The notes under the pieces were generated by a model. That model was given only the letters and a program-made list of their open reading frames with translations, ran no database searches and was not told where the DNA came from. From Octopus vulgaris (Eukaryota), in the NCBI GenBank assembly GCA_951406725.2, contig OX597816.1:173290001-173354000 (forward strand): 64,000 nt of DNA, written 5' to 3'. The position numbers were made by a program, and so were the translations under genes. How positions within the stretch are numbered: position 1 is the first letter of the stretch; each line of letters begins with the position of its first letter. Of this stretch, positions 12,454 to 26,146 are shown piece after piece.

Positions 12454-13320
12454 CAATATTATAGTCTCAATATTATTCATAAGTTTTTGTAAAATTCAAA
12501 TCTTTGAGTTTACAATGTGAGAATCATCTTAGATCCTTGCTTTCAGTTTTTCAATATTCACTGCAGGGAATGGACTATCAATGTATTAGAAGTAATCAGT
12601 ATGATTGTCTAAAGTCTTAACAAATTATTTCATCAATCCAAGCTTGATATGGAGTGATGAGAGAATTATTTTTCTTAGTCAACAATTGCTTGTTAATGAC
12701 ATTTGCTGCATCTACAGTCACGTGTTGCCTAGAGATCCACATCACTTTTCTCCAATGATCTTGCTATGTTTAATTATTTTACAAGCAGATGAGACAAAAG
12801 TATTCCATGGATTCACTTTGTTGCACACCCAAGAAATTCAATATCTTTAGGTCATCACATATGAAAGCAGAGCTTCTGTAACACCATTTGGATATTTTTG
12901 AGATTTCATTAAGTTTTATTGAGTGAGCAATTGGAAAAATGTGCAATAATACAGATTTCAGGTTTCTGGTGGAACTATGTAGAAAAAGTTGTCTGTCTTC
13001 TGGATTATAATCCTTTCAGTATTTCTATTGGGAAAAGAGTTCGGGAATGTCATTGCAATATGCAAATTCTGTCTTTGAGCCAAAGAAAGAGTTTCCACCT
13101 CTTGTTCAAGAAGCCAATATTTTAACTAATTAAAATATCATCACATTGAACAACTATGACACAGATTTCTTGTAATGATTGAAACCTTTCACATTCAGAA
13201 TATAAAAGTAACAATCATCATAGGGGTTTAGGGATCTCTCTTCACACCATAAGCACACCAAATTTCAAAAATTTCCTTTCTCTGTTTTTTCACACTCCAA
13301 TTTATTTGTCTGCCTGTCTG

Positions 13321-13393
<73 letters not shown>

Positions 13394-13397
13394 ACTA

Positions 13398-13812
13398 TTT
13401 ACTCTTTTACTCTTTTACTTGTTTCAGTCATTTTACTGCGGCCATGCTGGAGCACCACCTTTAGTCAAGCAAATCGACCCCGGGACTTATTCTTTGTAAG
13501 CCTAGTACTTATTCTATCGGTCTCTTCTTGCCGAACCGCTAAGTGACGGGGACGTAAACACACCAGCATCGGTTGTCAAGTGATGGTGGGGGGACAAACA
13601 CAGACACACAAACATATACACACACATAAATATATATATACATATATACGACAGGCTTCTTTCAGTTTCCGTCTACCAAATCCACTCACAAGGCATTGGT
13701 CGGCCTGAGGCTATAGCAGAAGACACTTGCCCAAGATGCCACGCAGTGGGATTGAACCCAGAACCATGTGGTTGGTAAGCAAGCTATTTACCAGACAGCC
13801 ACTCCTGCACCT
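13398..13812 (-). mobile_element. SINE family A inserted in (TCTA)n
   Basis: Full-length copy with TCTA repeats on both sides. Confidence 0.9.
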
Positions 13813-14071
13813 ATCTATCTATCTAATCTAATGTTCTCTGTCTATTTCTCTAATGCTATCTACCTGCCTGCCGGTCTTTGGTTTTTTTCTGTCACAAAGT
13901 TTTGTTTACCTTTTGTATTTGCAAAATGTATTTGCCACCAATAAAACAGGATGTATTAGAATTATTCAATCAGTTTCTTCGTGTTGAACTTATGTTCATT
14001 TGTAAGAAAGATTACAATCAAGATAACTTTAAATTAAAAAAAAACTAGAGTGGATAAAAACAATGCTGAAG

Positions 14072-14237
14072 AGGTGCAGGAGTGGCTGTGTGGTAAGTAG
14101 CTTGTCTACCAACCACATGGTTCCGGGTTCAGTCCCACTGTGTGGCATCTTGGGCAAGTGTCTTCTACTATAGCCTCGGGCCGACCAAAGCCTTGTGAGT
14201 GGATTTGGTAGACGGAAACTGAAAGAAGCCCGTCGTA

Positions 14238-14277
<40 letters not shown>

Positions 14278-14479
14278 TGTGTGTGTTTGTCCCCCTAGCA
14301 TTGCTTGACAACCGATGCTGGTGTGTTTATGTCCCCGTCACTTAGCGGTTCGGCAAAAGAGACCGATAGAATAAGTACTGGGCTTACAAAAGAATAAGTC
14401 CCGGGGTCGAGTTGCTCGATCAAAGGCGGTGCTCCAGCATGGCCGCAGTCAAATTACTGAAACAAGTAAAAGAGTAAAG
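14072..14479 (+). mobile_element. SINE family A
   Basis: Full-length copy, head-to-head with 13398-13812. Confidence 0.9.
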
Positions 14480-14927
14480 TGAAAAAGATAAACTTAATTT
14501 TTCTACATTTGTCAGCAACTAAAATTTGTATTAAGGAAAAATTCCCATTTGAGATTGTACAAGCTTTCAAAATTAGAGTCAGTCTTTAAATTCAGTTTCC
14601 TCAAAATAGATTCAGTTCATTGTTTTTTGGAAAGAAAGCAAAACAACCAGATGATCTGTAAAGTGACTTGTTAATATTCCATAATTTCAGTCAAATATTC
14701 TGAGTTACTTAATTGACATAGACATTCAGAACGCAAATTACCAGTTAGGTTGTTGGATGTTCTCAGTGTTGAATATTTCATTTTGACAAATTAGAATTGT
14801 ATTTCTTCAGTTTACATGCACCACCAAATACCTGTCTATCCATTCATGTATCTGTCTGTCTGTCTGTCCAGCTATCCTGTTCATATGTTTCAATAAACTG
14901 CATCCGAACCATGCAAGCATGGAAAAC

Positions 14928-15262
14928 AGTAGTTAGAGCATCGAGCTTACGATCGTGAGGTTGTGAGTTCACTTCTTGGACCGGGCTGTGTGTTGTGTTC
15001 TTGAGCAAGACACTTTATCTCACGTTGCTCCAGTTCACCCAGCTGTAGTTACAACATCACTGGTGCCAAGCTGTATCGGCCTTTGTCTTTCCCTTGGATA
15101 ACATCAATGGCATGGAGAGGGAAGGCTGGTATGCATGGGCAACTGCTGGTCTTCCATAAGAACAACCCTAGGTTGTGCATTCACCAGTGAAGCAACTTTC
15201 TGCCCAGACATGTACCCTAGAGGGGAACCTCTTAGGTGCACCCATGGTCATTCGAGACTGAC
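14928..15262 (+). mobile_element. tRNA-derived SINE family C (diverged)
   Basis: tRNA-like head (agtagttagagc...gagttcacttc) followed by a gtgttcttgagcaagacacttt central domain. Confidence 0.55.
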
Positions 15263-15300
15263 AGAGTTGAGTCTAGTGTATTAGTGTGTGCATAAGTTCA

Positions 15301-15334
<34 letters not shown>

Positions 15335-15546
15335 ATTATTTAGGAAGTTAACAGTTATGTCCAGTCATAAAGTGACCATTGGTTTCGCACCTATAAAGCG
15401 CTTAGCAGTAAAGGCAATTCATCAGACTCAAAAGGTTGAAACCAATGGTCACTCTATGACTAACCATAACCTTTAACTTCCTAATCATTACTGCTCTAAT
15501 GTTTCAGAGTGTGATTCTTTTTTGGCTGTATGAACTACTGACAATA

Positions 15547-15613
<67 letters not shown>

Positions 15614-15642
15614 ATATATACATACATACATATATACAACCA

Positions 15643-16335
15643 TGACCTCAGAGCGTTGGGCCTCACTGAGGCAATGGCGAAGGACCGAGATCTCTGGAGA
15701 TATGCTGTGACTGCAAAGACCCAGGCTGCTTCCTGCACCAGTTCCGCATAGCCCCTGTCCATTCAAAGTACCCTGGATCCCAGAACATCCCGCTGTGCTT
15801 GAGGAGACCTGTTGAGTCAAGTACATGAACATGAACATCGAAATAAATATCAATGGAAATAGTAGTTGCGATACCTGTGCCGGTGGCACATAAAAAGCAC
15901 CATCCGAACGTGGCCGTAGCCAGCGCCGACTCGACTGGCTTCTATGCCGGTGGCACATAAAAAGCACCATCCGAATGTGGCCGATGCCAGCGCCGCTCCG
16001 ACTGGCTTCTGTGCCGGTGGCACATAAAAAGCACTATCCGAATGCGGCTGTTGCCAGTGCCGCCTTGGCTGGCTTCCGTGCCGGTGGCATGTTAAAAGCT
16101 CCAACCAATCGTGGGCAATGCCGGACCCCCTGGCACCTGTGCAGGTGGCACGTAAAAAGCACCCACTACACTCGCGGAGTGGTTGGCGTTAGGAAGGGCA
16201 TCCAGCTGTAGAAACTCTGCCAGATCAGACTGGAGCCTGGTGCAGCCCCTGGCTTCCCAGACCCCGGTCGAACCGTCCAACCCGTGCTAGCGCGGAAAAC
16301 GGACGTTAAACGATGATGATGATGATGATGATGAT
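15643..16335 (+). mobile_element. RTE LINE 3' end with a ~67-bp tandem array
   Basis: ORF end, five units of GTGCCGGTGGCAC(A/G)TAAAAAGCACC core, the shared tail and (GAT)n. Confidence 0.85.
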
Positions 16336-16350
16336 AAACATATACATATA

Positions 16351-18012
16351 TACCCAGAACCATAGTAATAGCTTGGGAGTGAAATTTAGGATTTCTCAGT
16401 TTGCTGCAAATCAATTTTGATAAAACTTTTCCCAGCTGGTTTGCACACTATGGCAACACCTTTGTTACATTTTCATTGTTCTGTGTGGCATCCTTTCATT
16501 TTCATTTCAGATTCTTCAGTTTTGGGGTGAACCACACTAATAGCTTTTAAATGAAAATAGCCCATCTAGACATATTTTTTTCATAAAATGAAGTGTAATG
16601 ATACATATTGAGCATACATTGAGTTTATATTCAACAGAAAACCATAATAATATTATAACATTTATTGACATAGTGAATACACTCACGGAGTGGTTGGCGT
16701 CAGGAAGGGCATCCAGCCGTAGAAACATTACCAGATCAGGCTGGGCCTGGTGCAGCCTTCTGGCTTCCCAGACCCCAGTTGAACCGTCCAACCCATGCTA
16801 GCATGGAAAGCGGACGCTAAACGATGATGATGATGATGAATTATTTAGTCACATGAGTGCCATTTCAGTGAATAACTTCAAAAACCATGTAATCTGTCAA
16901 TTTCTTAATAGTAGCAGGTTGGACTGGCTCTGCTGCAGCTTGGATGGTCACCCATAAGACATCTTTTGATGCAAATTAGTGTGAATCAGCAGAAACACCT
17001 TGTTAAATGATGGACCAAAGATTTTCAATAGAGTTGAGATCCAGAGATGCTAGGAACCACACACCACTAACCTTTCACTTTGTATGCCATAAGACCCTAG
17101 GAATGTTTGGGTGGTCCTTGCAGCGTGGGAGGGAGCATTGTCATCCATGAATACATGATTCTTTAGAAGTGACAGCAATATCATCTAGTCAGAGATCCAA
17201 GACCTCCTTTAGAAGATTGCAGTAGATGGCTGCGGTCACTTTAACCTCCTCGGGCACCCTAACTTAGCCAACAAGTCTGTTCCCAATGATACCAGCCAAC
17301 AACATGACTCCTCCACCCTGTTGTTGACATTGTAAATGTTGGTGACGCTCATCTCCAACCATCAGGTTCATCAAGGGTCACCCTGGTTTTGGCAGGGAAC
17401 AGAACACAACTCATGTCTAACATCATCTAACTTTGGGCCCATTGAAGCCTCAAACTCTTATGAGGAGGCAGTTTCAGGGGTTCTCACATGGAAGCCATTG
17501 TCCCAAGGATTCGATTTCTAGTGGTTTTTGGTACATGAGGAAGTCCAGAGGCAGTGAAAATGGTTTTGCTTGTTTGTCCAGGTTTCCCACATAACTTGCA
17601 GCCAATATTCCTTAAATCCCTACCGATTACAGTCTTGGAGGTCTCACAATTGCATCGTTTCTTTCTTGGTGTTCATGTGGCTAAATAATTCATTACGTCA
17701 ATAAATGTTATAATATCATTATGGTTTTCTTTTAACAATATACTCACTCTATGGTTAATATGTATCATGACTCTTCCTTTTCTGAAAAAAATGTCTAGAT
17801 TGGCTATTTTCATTCAAAAGCTATTAGCATGGTTCACCAAAAACTGAAGAATCTGAAATGAAAAAGAAAGGACGTTACACAGAATAATAAAAATATAACA
17901 ATGATGTTGCCATAGAGTGCAAACCAGCTGGGCAAAGTTTTATCAAAATTGATTCACAGAAAACCGAGAAATCCTAAATTTCACTCCTAAACTATTACTA
18001 TGGTCCTGGGTG
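16351..18012 (-). mobile_element. Tc1-like DNA transposon with ~230-bp TIRs, transposase decayed
   Basis: TIRs at 16351-16580 and 17785-18012 with TA flanks. Motifs QQGGGVM, VFMDDNAPSH and DLNSIENLW. An RTE tail is nested at 16676-16840. Confidence 0.85.
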
Positions 18013-18172
18013 TATATGTATATGTATGTATATATATATATGTATATGTATGTATATATATATATATGTATATGTATGTATATATATATATATGTATATG
18101 TATGTATATATATATATATATATAATATATCATCATCATCATCATCATCATCATTTAAAGCGGACGTTAAAC

Positions 18173-18205
<33 letters not shown>

Positions 18206-19747
18206 ATATCATCACCATCATCATTTAACATTTGTATTCTATGCTTGTATGGGATAGATAGTTTAACAGGATCCTATGACCAAAGTGACAGGAATAAGCT
18301 CCAGTGTCTGCTTTGGCATGACTTCTAGAGCTGAATGCCTTTACTAGCACCAGCCATTTTAAAGAGTACACTGTGTACATTTTCCATGGCACCAGCATTA
18401 GTGAGGTCACCAAGTAACACTGAATAATCTCCTTTATAATGATAATTTTGACATAAGGCCATATACTTTAGATGGGAGTATGCAGGGCAGCTTTAGGAGG
18501 TGCAGGGCCCAATTGGGAATAATTTTGGTGGGCTTCAGGTTCCCAGTCAACTTGCATCAAGATCTATAGAATCATAAAAATATAAAAATCCAGTCGTTGA
18601 AACTATGCTACAATGCGGTGCCACATAAAAGCACTCAGTCCACTCTGTAAAGTGGCAGTGTTAGGAAGAGCATCCAGTCACAAAAACCATGCCAAACCAA
18701 ATGGGTACCAGACATAGTCCTTGACTTGTTGGCCCCTGTCAAACCAGTCAACCCATGCCAGCATAGAAAATGGACGTTAAATGATGATGATATGCATATA
18801 TATATACTTACATGTATTTATATGTGTGTGTATGTGTGTGTGTGTGTGCGGTAACTTTCTGAAGCATGGATAATTTGTTAATAAAATTTTCTGCATTTAC
18901 ATTTCAGATGGTGTAGATTATGATTATATCAGAATCTGTGGTGCAAAGCATTTTCGCTCTCTTTTAAATAAACTCAAAGGTAGCCTGTCCTCAATGTGGT
19001 TGTTTAGTATGCTAGAAATAGCAGTTATCAAGCATAAAAAACAGCCACTATTCTGATCTCCTAATATGTCACAAAGGGGAAAAAAGTCCTTTGCAGTATA
19101 CAAGGAGCTGAGATTACTTGATAGCACATGAAAAAAAACAAAAAACTCCAAGGTGAGGGGGGTGGGATCCTGGGCCCACCCCGCTCCAATTTCAATGTAA
19201 AAAAGTCATTTGCAGTATATTAGGAGATAAGATTAGTTGATAGCACAAAAAAAAAAAAAAAGAAAACGAGGAAAAAACATCATTTCTCACTGAAATTGAG
19301 TTGGGTGTTGTTAAACTATAAATTTAAACTACATCTAAACAACACCTTTTAAAAATATTCTGGCAAAACTCGGAAAGAAATTTAACAAGATCCCAAAGAA
19401 ACTTTTATTTGTTGCATGTTGTTACGCTAAAAGAGATATACATAAAATGCAAATTGATAATAATTATTAATTAGAATTTTTTGGAAGCTGGTTATATACT
19501 TACTGATTATTTTTTCTAGAAGCTCTGTTGTAAGACACAGTCCTGTCTGTGTGGCAAGAACTTTGTTTCTTAGCTATATGTTTCTGGATTTAGTACCAGT
19601 GTGTGACACCAAATATCTCCTACCATAGCCCCGTGTGTGTGTATGTGTATGTGTATGTGTGTGTGTGTCTGTATGTGTGTGGCTGTGTGTTTGTGCTTGT
19701 CCAAATCCTGAATGAGTGCCATTGCAAGGTGATGTTCTCTTTTGAAC

Positions 19748-20155
19748 ATCATCATCATCATCATCATCGTTTAACGTCCGCTTTCCATGCTAGCATGGGT
19801 TGGACGGTTCAACTGGGGTCTGGCAAGCCCGAAGGCTGCACCAGGCCAGTCAGATCTGGCAGTGTTTCTACAGCTGTATGCCCTTCCTAACGCCAACCAC
19901 TCCGAGAGTGTAGTGGGTGATTTTATGTGCCACCAACACAGGTGCCAGACGAGGCTGGCAGACGGAACGCTCGGATGGTGTTTTTTATGTGCCACCAACA
20001 TAGGTGCCAGACGAGGCTGGCAGACGGCCACGCTCGGATGGTGTTTTTTATGTGCCACCGATACAGGTGCCAGACGAGGCTGGCAGACGGCCACGCTCGG
20101 ATGGTGTTTTTTATGTGCCACCGACACAGGTGCCAGACGAGGCTGGCAGACGGCA
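19748..20155 (-). mobile_element. RTE LINE 3' end with a ~63-bp tandem array
   Basis: Four near-identical units plus the shared tail. Confidence 0.85.
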
Positions 20156-20517
20156 GAGATAAGAAATTTTATCTCAACTTTCCCATCTTTCTTTCTCCCA
20201 CCACACACACACACACACATACATGCGCACACGTGTGTGCATGTATACAATTCCCTACAAAATAAAAATACATATACGTACAATCATGCACATAAATACA
20301 AGAATCTCAACAAAACCACTGTCAAAAATAATTGAACCTTTAACCTTTAACCAAAAACTGAGTACTGAATTCTTTTACATATACACATCCATTTAGCCTT
20401 TTGCTTTTATCATTTTTTAAATTTTTTGCTTTCTTTAATTCATTCATTCATGCATGCATGCATCCATCCATCCATCCATCCATCCATCCATCTATCCATC
20501 CATACATACATACATAC

Positions 20518-20720
20518 AGGGGTTGGACAAAATAATGGAAACACCTAGAGTCATAGCATCATAATTTTGAAATATCTATAAAACCGTCAAAAGCTTGTTT
20601 ATTTTCACATTTTTTGATTTATTAGTAGTGTTGCATACAAACATACATATTGATCCTTACACTAAAAATACAAATAATGTCGCTAAAGTGTAAAAAGTAT
20701 GCTTTTTTCTTGTTTTTTTT
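20518..20720. mobile_element. Tc1-like terminal remnant
   Basis: TA-CAGGGGTTGGACAAAATAATGGAAACACC is a Tc1-type terminus; no partner TIR seen. Confidence 0.45.
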
Positions 20721-21082
20721 CTTTTTTAAGACCTTGTAGATTTTTTTTAAAGACTTCAGGGAAACTACTTGTATGAAATGTCACAGTATAGAATGTGGTC
20801 CTCTTGAGCACAGGGCCCCCTTCAGTGCAGGGCCTGACTGAGAGTAACTGGTCCAATCAACTTAAGGCCAGCCCTGCAAATTTAATGTAACCAACTCCAG
20901 ATGTTATTTAATTGACAATTTAAAGGAAGCATGATGAAGTCATCACTGGAATGACTTAAACACGGAAATGTCATACATCTGCCTCTGTGACCCTGCTTAC
21001 AGAATAATAATAGGAAATAAACCAGAACTAAAAAACAATCTCATATCAATAATAATTGGCAAAAGAGGTGAATATTTCATAC

Positions 21083-21376
21083 CCATCTGTATCAATACTC
21101 TCATAGATTTTGTTTATATTCTCCATCAGATTTGTTGGAATGTTAAGAGGGACACCATTTTCAATACTTCCACTACTGTTGTTTGCAGGAGGTTGTTTCA
21201 AGGCCCATCTAGTTGTGGGGCAGCTGAAGGTTTCTTTCTGTTTCTTCTTACTGGTCTCAGACCAATCTTGACATTTCTTTGTGACCTGTGTGGGAGAAGT
21301 TGCACCGGTTGTACATGACTCTGCAATATTTCTGTAGTTGTTAGGGATTCCTTTATTCTGTGATTCAACTGATGCA
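21083..21376 (-). CDS. Same gene, 294-nt internal exon
   Basis: Acceptor cattttcag| and donor GATGG|gtatga. Phase 2 in and out, stop-free: ASVESQNKGIPNNYRN...NINKIYESIDTD. Absent from the ORF track. Confidence 0.75.
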
Positions 21377-21577
21377 CTGAAAATGAATCAATCTATTAGA
21401 GACATTCTATCTATCATCTTAATACACACATACATGGATGCACACATACTTAAGAACATACTTGTGTATACCATTAAACATATATTTTATATTATATAAT
21501 ATATTATGTATCTTACATATATTAAGTATTTTATATAAATATTATACAAAGATATTTATATTAAAATTATATATATA

Positions 21578-21885
21578 CTAGCAGTATCGCCCGGCGTTGC
21601 TCGGGTTTGTAAGGGAAAAAACTATATAAGCATTTTTAGAGAGTTACTTCCCTTATATAACCCGAGCAAAAATCATTAAAAATACGGAAAAATGATGGTA
21701 ATTTTTTTTTTTAAATCGAAGACTCATTGTAGACACGCGCTAATACCCAGAAGGGCTCGATATGAATGATGACTATAAGATACCCGCTTTTGGTTAAACT
21801 GCACCGCAAAATGTGGGAGTAGTTAGGAATCTAAATCGGAGGAGACAGAGTCTCACACATACAAATTATATTTTATATATAAAGA
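21578..21885 (-). mobile_element. Non-autonomous Helitron
   Basis: 5' TC, 3' CTAG preceded by hairpin CCCG-agcaacgc-CGGG, inserted between A and T with no TSD. Confidence 0.8.
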
Positions 21886-22143
21886 TATATAACACCTATA
21901 TCTTATATATACAGGGTCTCCATAAATTAAATTTACAATTTGAAAAATTCAGAGTAAAATTGAAAGCAAGAGGCAAAAAATAATTTTATTAGAAATATCA
22001 GAACACTTCCATGTGGGCTGTACTGGTTGCTCACAACACATCTAGACAATGCATACAATAAATTGTGGAAATTGTAAAGATAATTTATGAACTACCCATA
22101 CACACACACACACACATGCATACATATATATATATATATATAT

Positions 22144-22549
22144 ACTCTTTTACTCTTTAACTTATTTCAGTCATTTGACTGTGGCCATGCTGGAGCACCG
22201 CCTTTAATCGAGCAACTTGGCCCCGGGACTTATTCTTTTGTAAGCCCAGTACTTATTCTATCAGTCTCTTTTGCCGAACCACTAAGTAACGGGGACATAA
22301 ACACACCAGCATTGGTTGTCAAGCAATGCTAGGGGGACAAACAGACACACAAACACACACACGCATATATATATATATATATATACGATGGGCTTCTTTC
22401 AGTTTCCGTCTACCAAATCCACTCACAAGGCTTTGGTCGGCCCAAGGCTATTGTAGAAGACACTTGCCCAAGATGCCATGCAGTGGGACTGAACTCGGGA
22501 CAATGTGGTTGGTAAACAAGCTACTTACCACACAGCCACTCCGGCACCT
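22144..22549 (-). mobile_element. SINE family A
   Basis: Full-length copy. Confidence 0.9.
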
Positions 22550-22849
22550 ATATATATGTATTATATATTGCATATATATGTTATGCTTGTATATTATCTA
22601 TGTGTATATAAAAATATATATTATTACACATCAATTTGTATGTATGCATAAATATATACATTGTGTGTATATGTATGTATAAATGTTGGCATGTGTATAT
22701 ATGTATGTATATATACTTACATAAATATATGTATATGTCTGTATTAGGTATTATTGTATGTATAGGTTCACATATATGTGTATGTATTTTTATGTGTGTG
22801 TGTATATATGTGAGTGTATGCATGTATGTATATGTATGTAGACTCCATC

Positions 22850-23795
22850 AAATGCTAGAGGAGAAAGCTTGAAGTAGTTGATAGATTCTGTTACCTAGGT
22901 GACCAAGTCAGCTGTGGAGGTGGATGCTCCAAGAGTGTAGCTGCTAGAATAAGAATAGGCTGGGCAAATGCCTACTGCTGTTGGTAACAAAAAGGTCTCT
23001 CCCTCAGAACAAAAGGCAGACTTTATTTTGCCTGCCTGTGAATAGCCATGCTCCATGGCAAATCACCAAGGACATGCGAAAGCTTGAAAGAAATTAACTT
23101 TGTATGCTTCACTGGATGTGCAATGTCAGTGTGCATGTATGACAGAGTTTAAGTGTCTTGACAGAAAAGTTGGGCATAAGAGGCATCAGATGTGGTGTGC
23201 AAGAGAGACAACTGCACTGGTATGACCATGTTATGCATATGGACAAGGACAGCTACATAAAGAATCACCAACCTCTAGCTGTAGAGGGAACCTGTGGAAG
23301 GGGTAGATCCAGGAAGACATGGGAAGAGGTGGTGAAGCATGATCTTCGAGCATTGGGTCTCATGGAGGGAATGACAAATGGAGGGAATGCCGTATGTCAT
23401 GCTTGAGAAAACCTATCAAGCCAAGTGAAACTGTAGTTGTGGCCGATGCCAATGTGATGTAACAGGTGCCCATGTCGGTGGCATATAAAATGTGCCCTTT
23501 GAACATTGGGCCTCACAGAGGCAATGGTAAGTCATGCTTAAAAAGACCTGTCAAGCCAAGTGAAAACATAGTCATGGCCGATTGTGGTGTCACATAATTG
23601 GCACCTATGCCAGTGACTTGTAAAATACACCCATTACACTCTTGGAATCATTGGCATTAAGAAAAGCATCCATCTGTAGAAACCATGACAAATCAGCTTG
23701 ACATCTGGTGTAGCTCTCCAGCTTACAAGTTTCAGTCAACTTGTCTCTAACCCATGTCAGCATGGAAAGCAGACACTTAATGATGATGATGATGA
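22850..23795 (+). mobile_element. RTE LINE 3' fragment
   Basis: FCYLGD...QLHWYDHV...GRGRSRKTW, then 3' UTR and (GAT)n tail. Confidence 0.8.
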
Positions 23796-23811
23796 TTATA
23801 TATATACGAAT

Positions 23812-23979
23812 AGGCACAGGAGTGGCTGTGTGGTAAGTAGCTTGCTTACCAACCACATGGTTCTGGGTTCAGTCCCACAGCATGGCATCTTGGACAAGTG
23901 TCTGCTACTATAGCCTTGGACCGACCAATGCCTTGTGAGTGGATTTGGTAGACGGAAACTGAAAGAAGCCTGTCGTATT

Positions 23980-24048
<69 letters not shown>

Positions 24049-24269
24049 ATGTGTTTGTGTGTCTGTGTTTGTCCCTCTAGCATTGCTTGACAACCGATGG
24101 TGGTGTGTTTACGTCCCCGTCACTTAGCGGTTCGGCAAAAGAGACCGATAGAATAAGTACTGGGCTTACAAAGCATAAGTCCCGGGGTCGATTTGCTCGA
24201 CTAAAGGCAGTGCTCCAGCATGGCCGCAGTCAAATGACTGAAACAAGTAAAAGAGTAAAGAGTAAAGAG
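23812..24269 (+). mobile_element. SINE family A
   Basis: Full-length copy with expanded internal (TA)n. Confidence 0.9.
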
Positions 24270-25544
24270 AATGTAGGCATATGTATGTATCTGATATTTT
24301 CCATTGATAACCCTTTTTTCTACCACTTATCATTCACTAATCCCTGAAGCATTCCTTGCTGGACCCATACTTCACTCTTGACACTGTCTCATATCTGTCA
24401 ATGACCTGTTATTATTACATTCCCCTTTACACATCTCTGACCACCTCTTATCATTATATACCTCCCCCTCCCCAAACTGTTGCAACCTTCACCCATCCAC
24501 CACCACCCACCACCTCTTTATTTCTCGTTTTTCTCCTACCTATTATATTAGTATTATTTTGCTACACTTCATCCTTTTTTGTATGCCCAGTTATCACCTC
24601 TCCACTGGGATACTTCTATTGATATCCACCCCTCAATCTCATCCCGTTTCCCCAGCTCATATTTACCTTCAACTGTCATTGCACCCTTATTCTCCATTCA
24701 TACATTCAACCTCCCCCCTCCCCACCATCTGCAGCCATTTCTTACTCTCTCTAACACCTTGGTAATTTCTATCAGCCAACCTTTCCTGATCTTCTGATCC
24801 ACCATTCTTCTATTCACATTCTTGTACTTTGAGGGCACACTCTGACCCCTCATAGTTACCATCTATATCTCTCTTTCCAGTTCTACTCCAATTACTCCCA
24901 TCCGAGTTTATGCAAGGTAACCATATATCTTCTCCTCTTTTCTCTACACCTGTTCATGTCCATTCTATTATACTTTAACCTATCGATCCTTAGCACTACC
25001 CCCCCCCCCATCTCCGCTCTACTACTCTCCTTTTCATTTGAGGGGCCTTGCAAGTTACATGGTAATCTCACTAGTGCTGGTGCTATGATAAAAGCACATC
25101 GCACATATTGTTAAGTGGTTGGATTTAGGAAAGGCATCCAGCCATAGAAGCCATGCCAAAGCAGACACTGGAGGAAAATGCAAGTCTTTTAACTGATAAG
25201 ACCCTGTTGAACCATCCAACCCATGCCAACATGGAAATTAGGTATTAAACGATGATGAAGATATGTATAAGTCAGAAAAATAGGCACTTGTATATTTGTC
25301 ATTAGAGTGGCTTTATTAATTATAAAGTATAAAATATTATAGATCCATTTCAACCAATCTTACCTCAGTTTCACATAGACTGTTAGGTAATTAATTACCT
25401 GAAACTGTAAAGCAGCTGGTATGGAAAAAAATCATCATTTATTCCATACTGGCTACTTTGATGAGTGTGGTTTTAGGTGATCATCTAATTACCTAATATT
25501 GTGTGCAAAACCAATTGGTAAGATCAGCTGAAATGGATTTGTAA

Positions 25545-25963
25545 TACTCTTTTACTCTTTTACTCTTTTACTTGTTTCAGTCACTTGACTGCAGCCATGC
25601 TGGAGCACCGCCTTTAATCGAGCAACTCGACCCCAGGACTTATTCTTTTGTAAGCTCAGTACTTATTCTATTGGTCTCTTTTGCCGAACCGCTAAGTAAC
25701 AGGGACATAAACACACCAGCATCGGCTGTCAAGCAATGCTAGGGGGACAAACACAGACACAAAAACATAGACACGCATACATATATATATACATATATAC
25801 GATGGGCTTCTTTCAGTTTCCGTCTACCAAATCCACTCACAAGGCTTTGGTCAGCCCGAGGCTATAGTAGAAGACACTTGCTCACAGTGCCACGCAGTGG
25901 GACTGAACCCAGGACCATGTGGTTGGTAAACAAGCTACTTACCACACAGCCATGCCTGCGCCT
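25545..25963 (-). mobile_element. SINE family A
   Basis: Full-length copy. Confidence 0.9.
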
Positions 25964-26061
25964 ACTGTTTATATCATGATGAAAATACACACACATGAAT
26001 ACACATGCACACACACACACACACACATATTCACAGACACATTTGTACACTGATGTCTTAC

Positions 26062-26146
26062 CTTTGATAGTAATGCATCTTGCTTTTTTGGTATTCAGTT
26101 ATAGAATAAGACTCCTTATCCATTGATTCTCCATAAACAATTAAAG
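26062..26146 (-). CDS. Same gene, 85-nt internal exon
   Basis: Acceptor ctcctattcttttgaag| and donor AAAG|gtaaga. Phase 1 in, phase 2 out. Reads (A)LIVYGESMDKESYSITEYQKSKMHYYQ. Confidence 0.65.

Noticed and set aside
19920-20150. CRISPR-like repeat-spacer appearance of the tandem arrays
   Set aside because: The spacers are near-identical within an array, the arrays sit in LINE 3' UTRs of eukaryotic DNA, and there are no cas genes.
18483-20876. hAT-like element from CAGGGC...GCCCTG ends
   Set aside because: No matching 8-bp TSD and the interior is filled by other repeats, so the pairing is unsupported.
20977-20992. Possible 16-nt micro-exon (taagcag|GGTCACAGAGGCAGAT|gtatga)
   Set aside because: It would break the frame; 21083 joins 7625 in phase without it.
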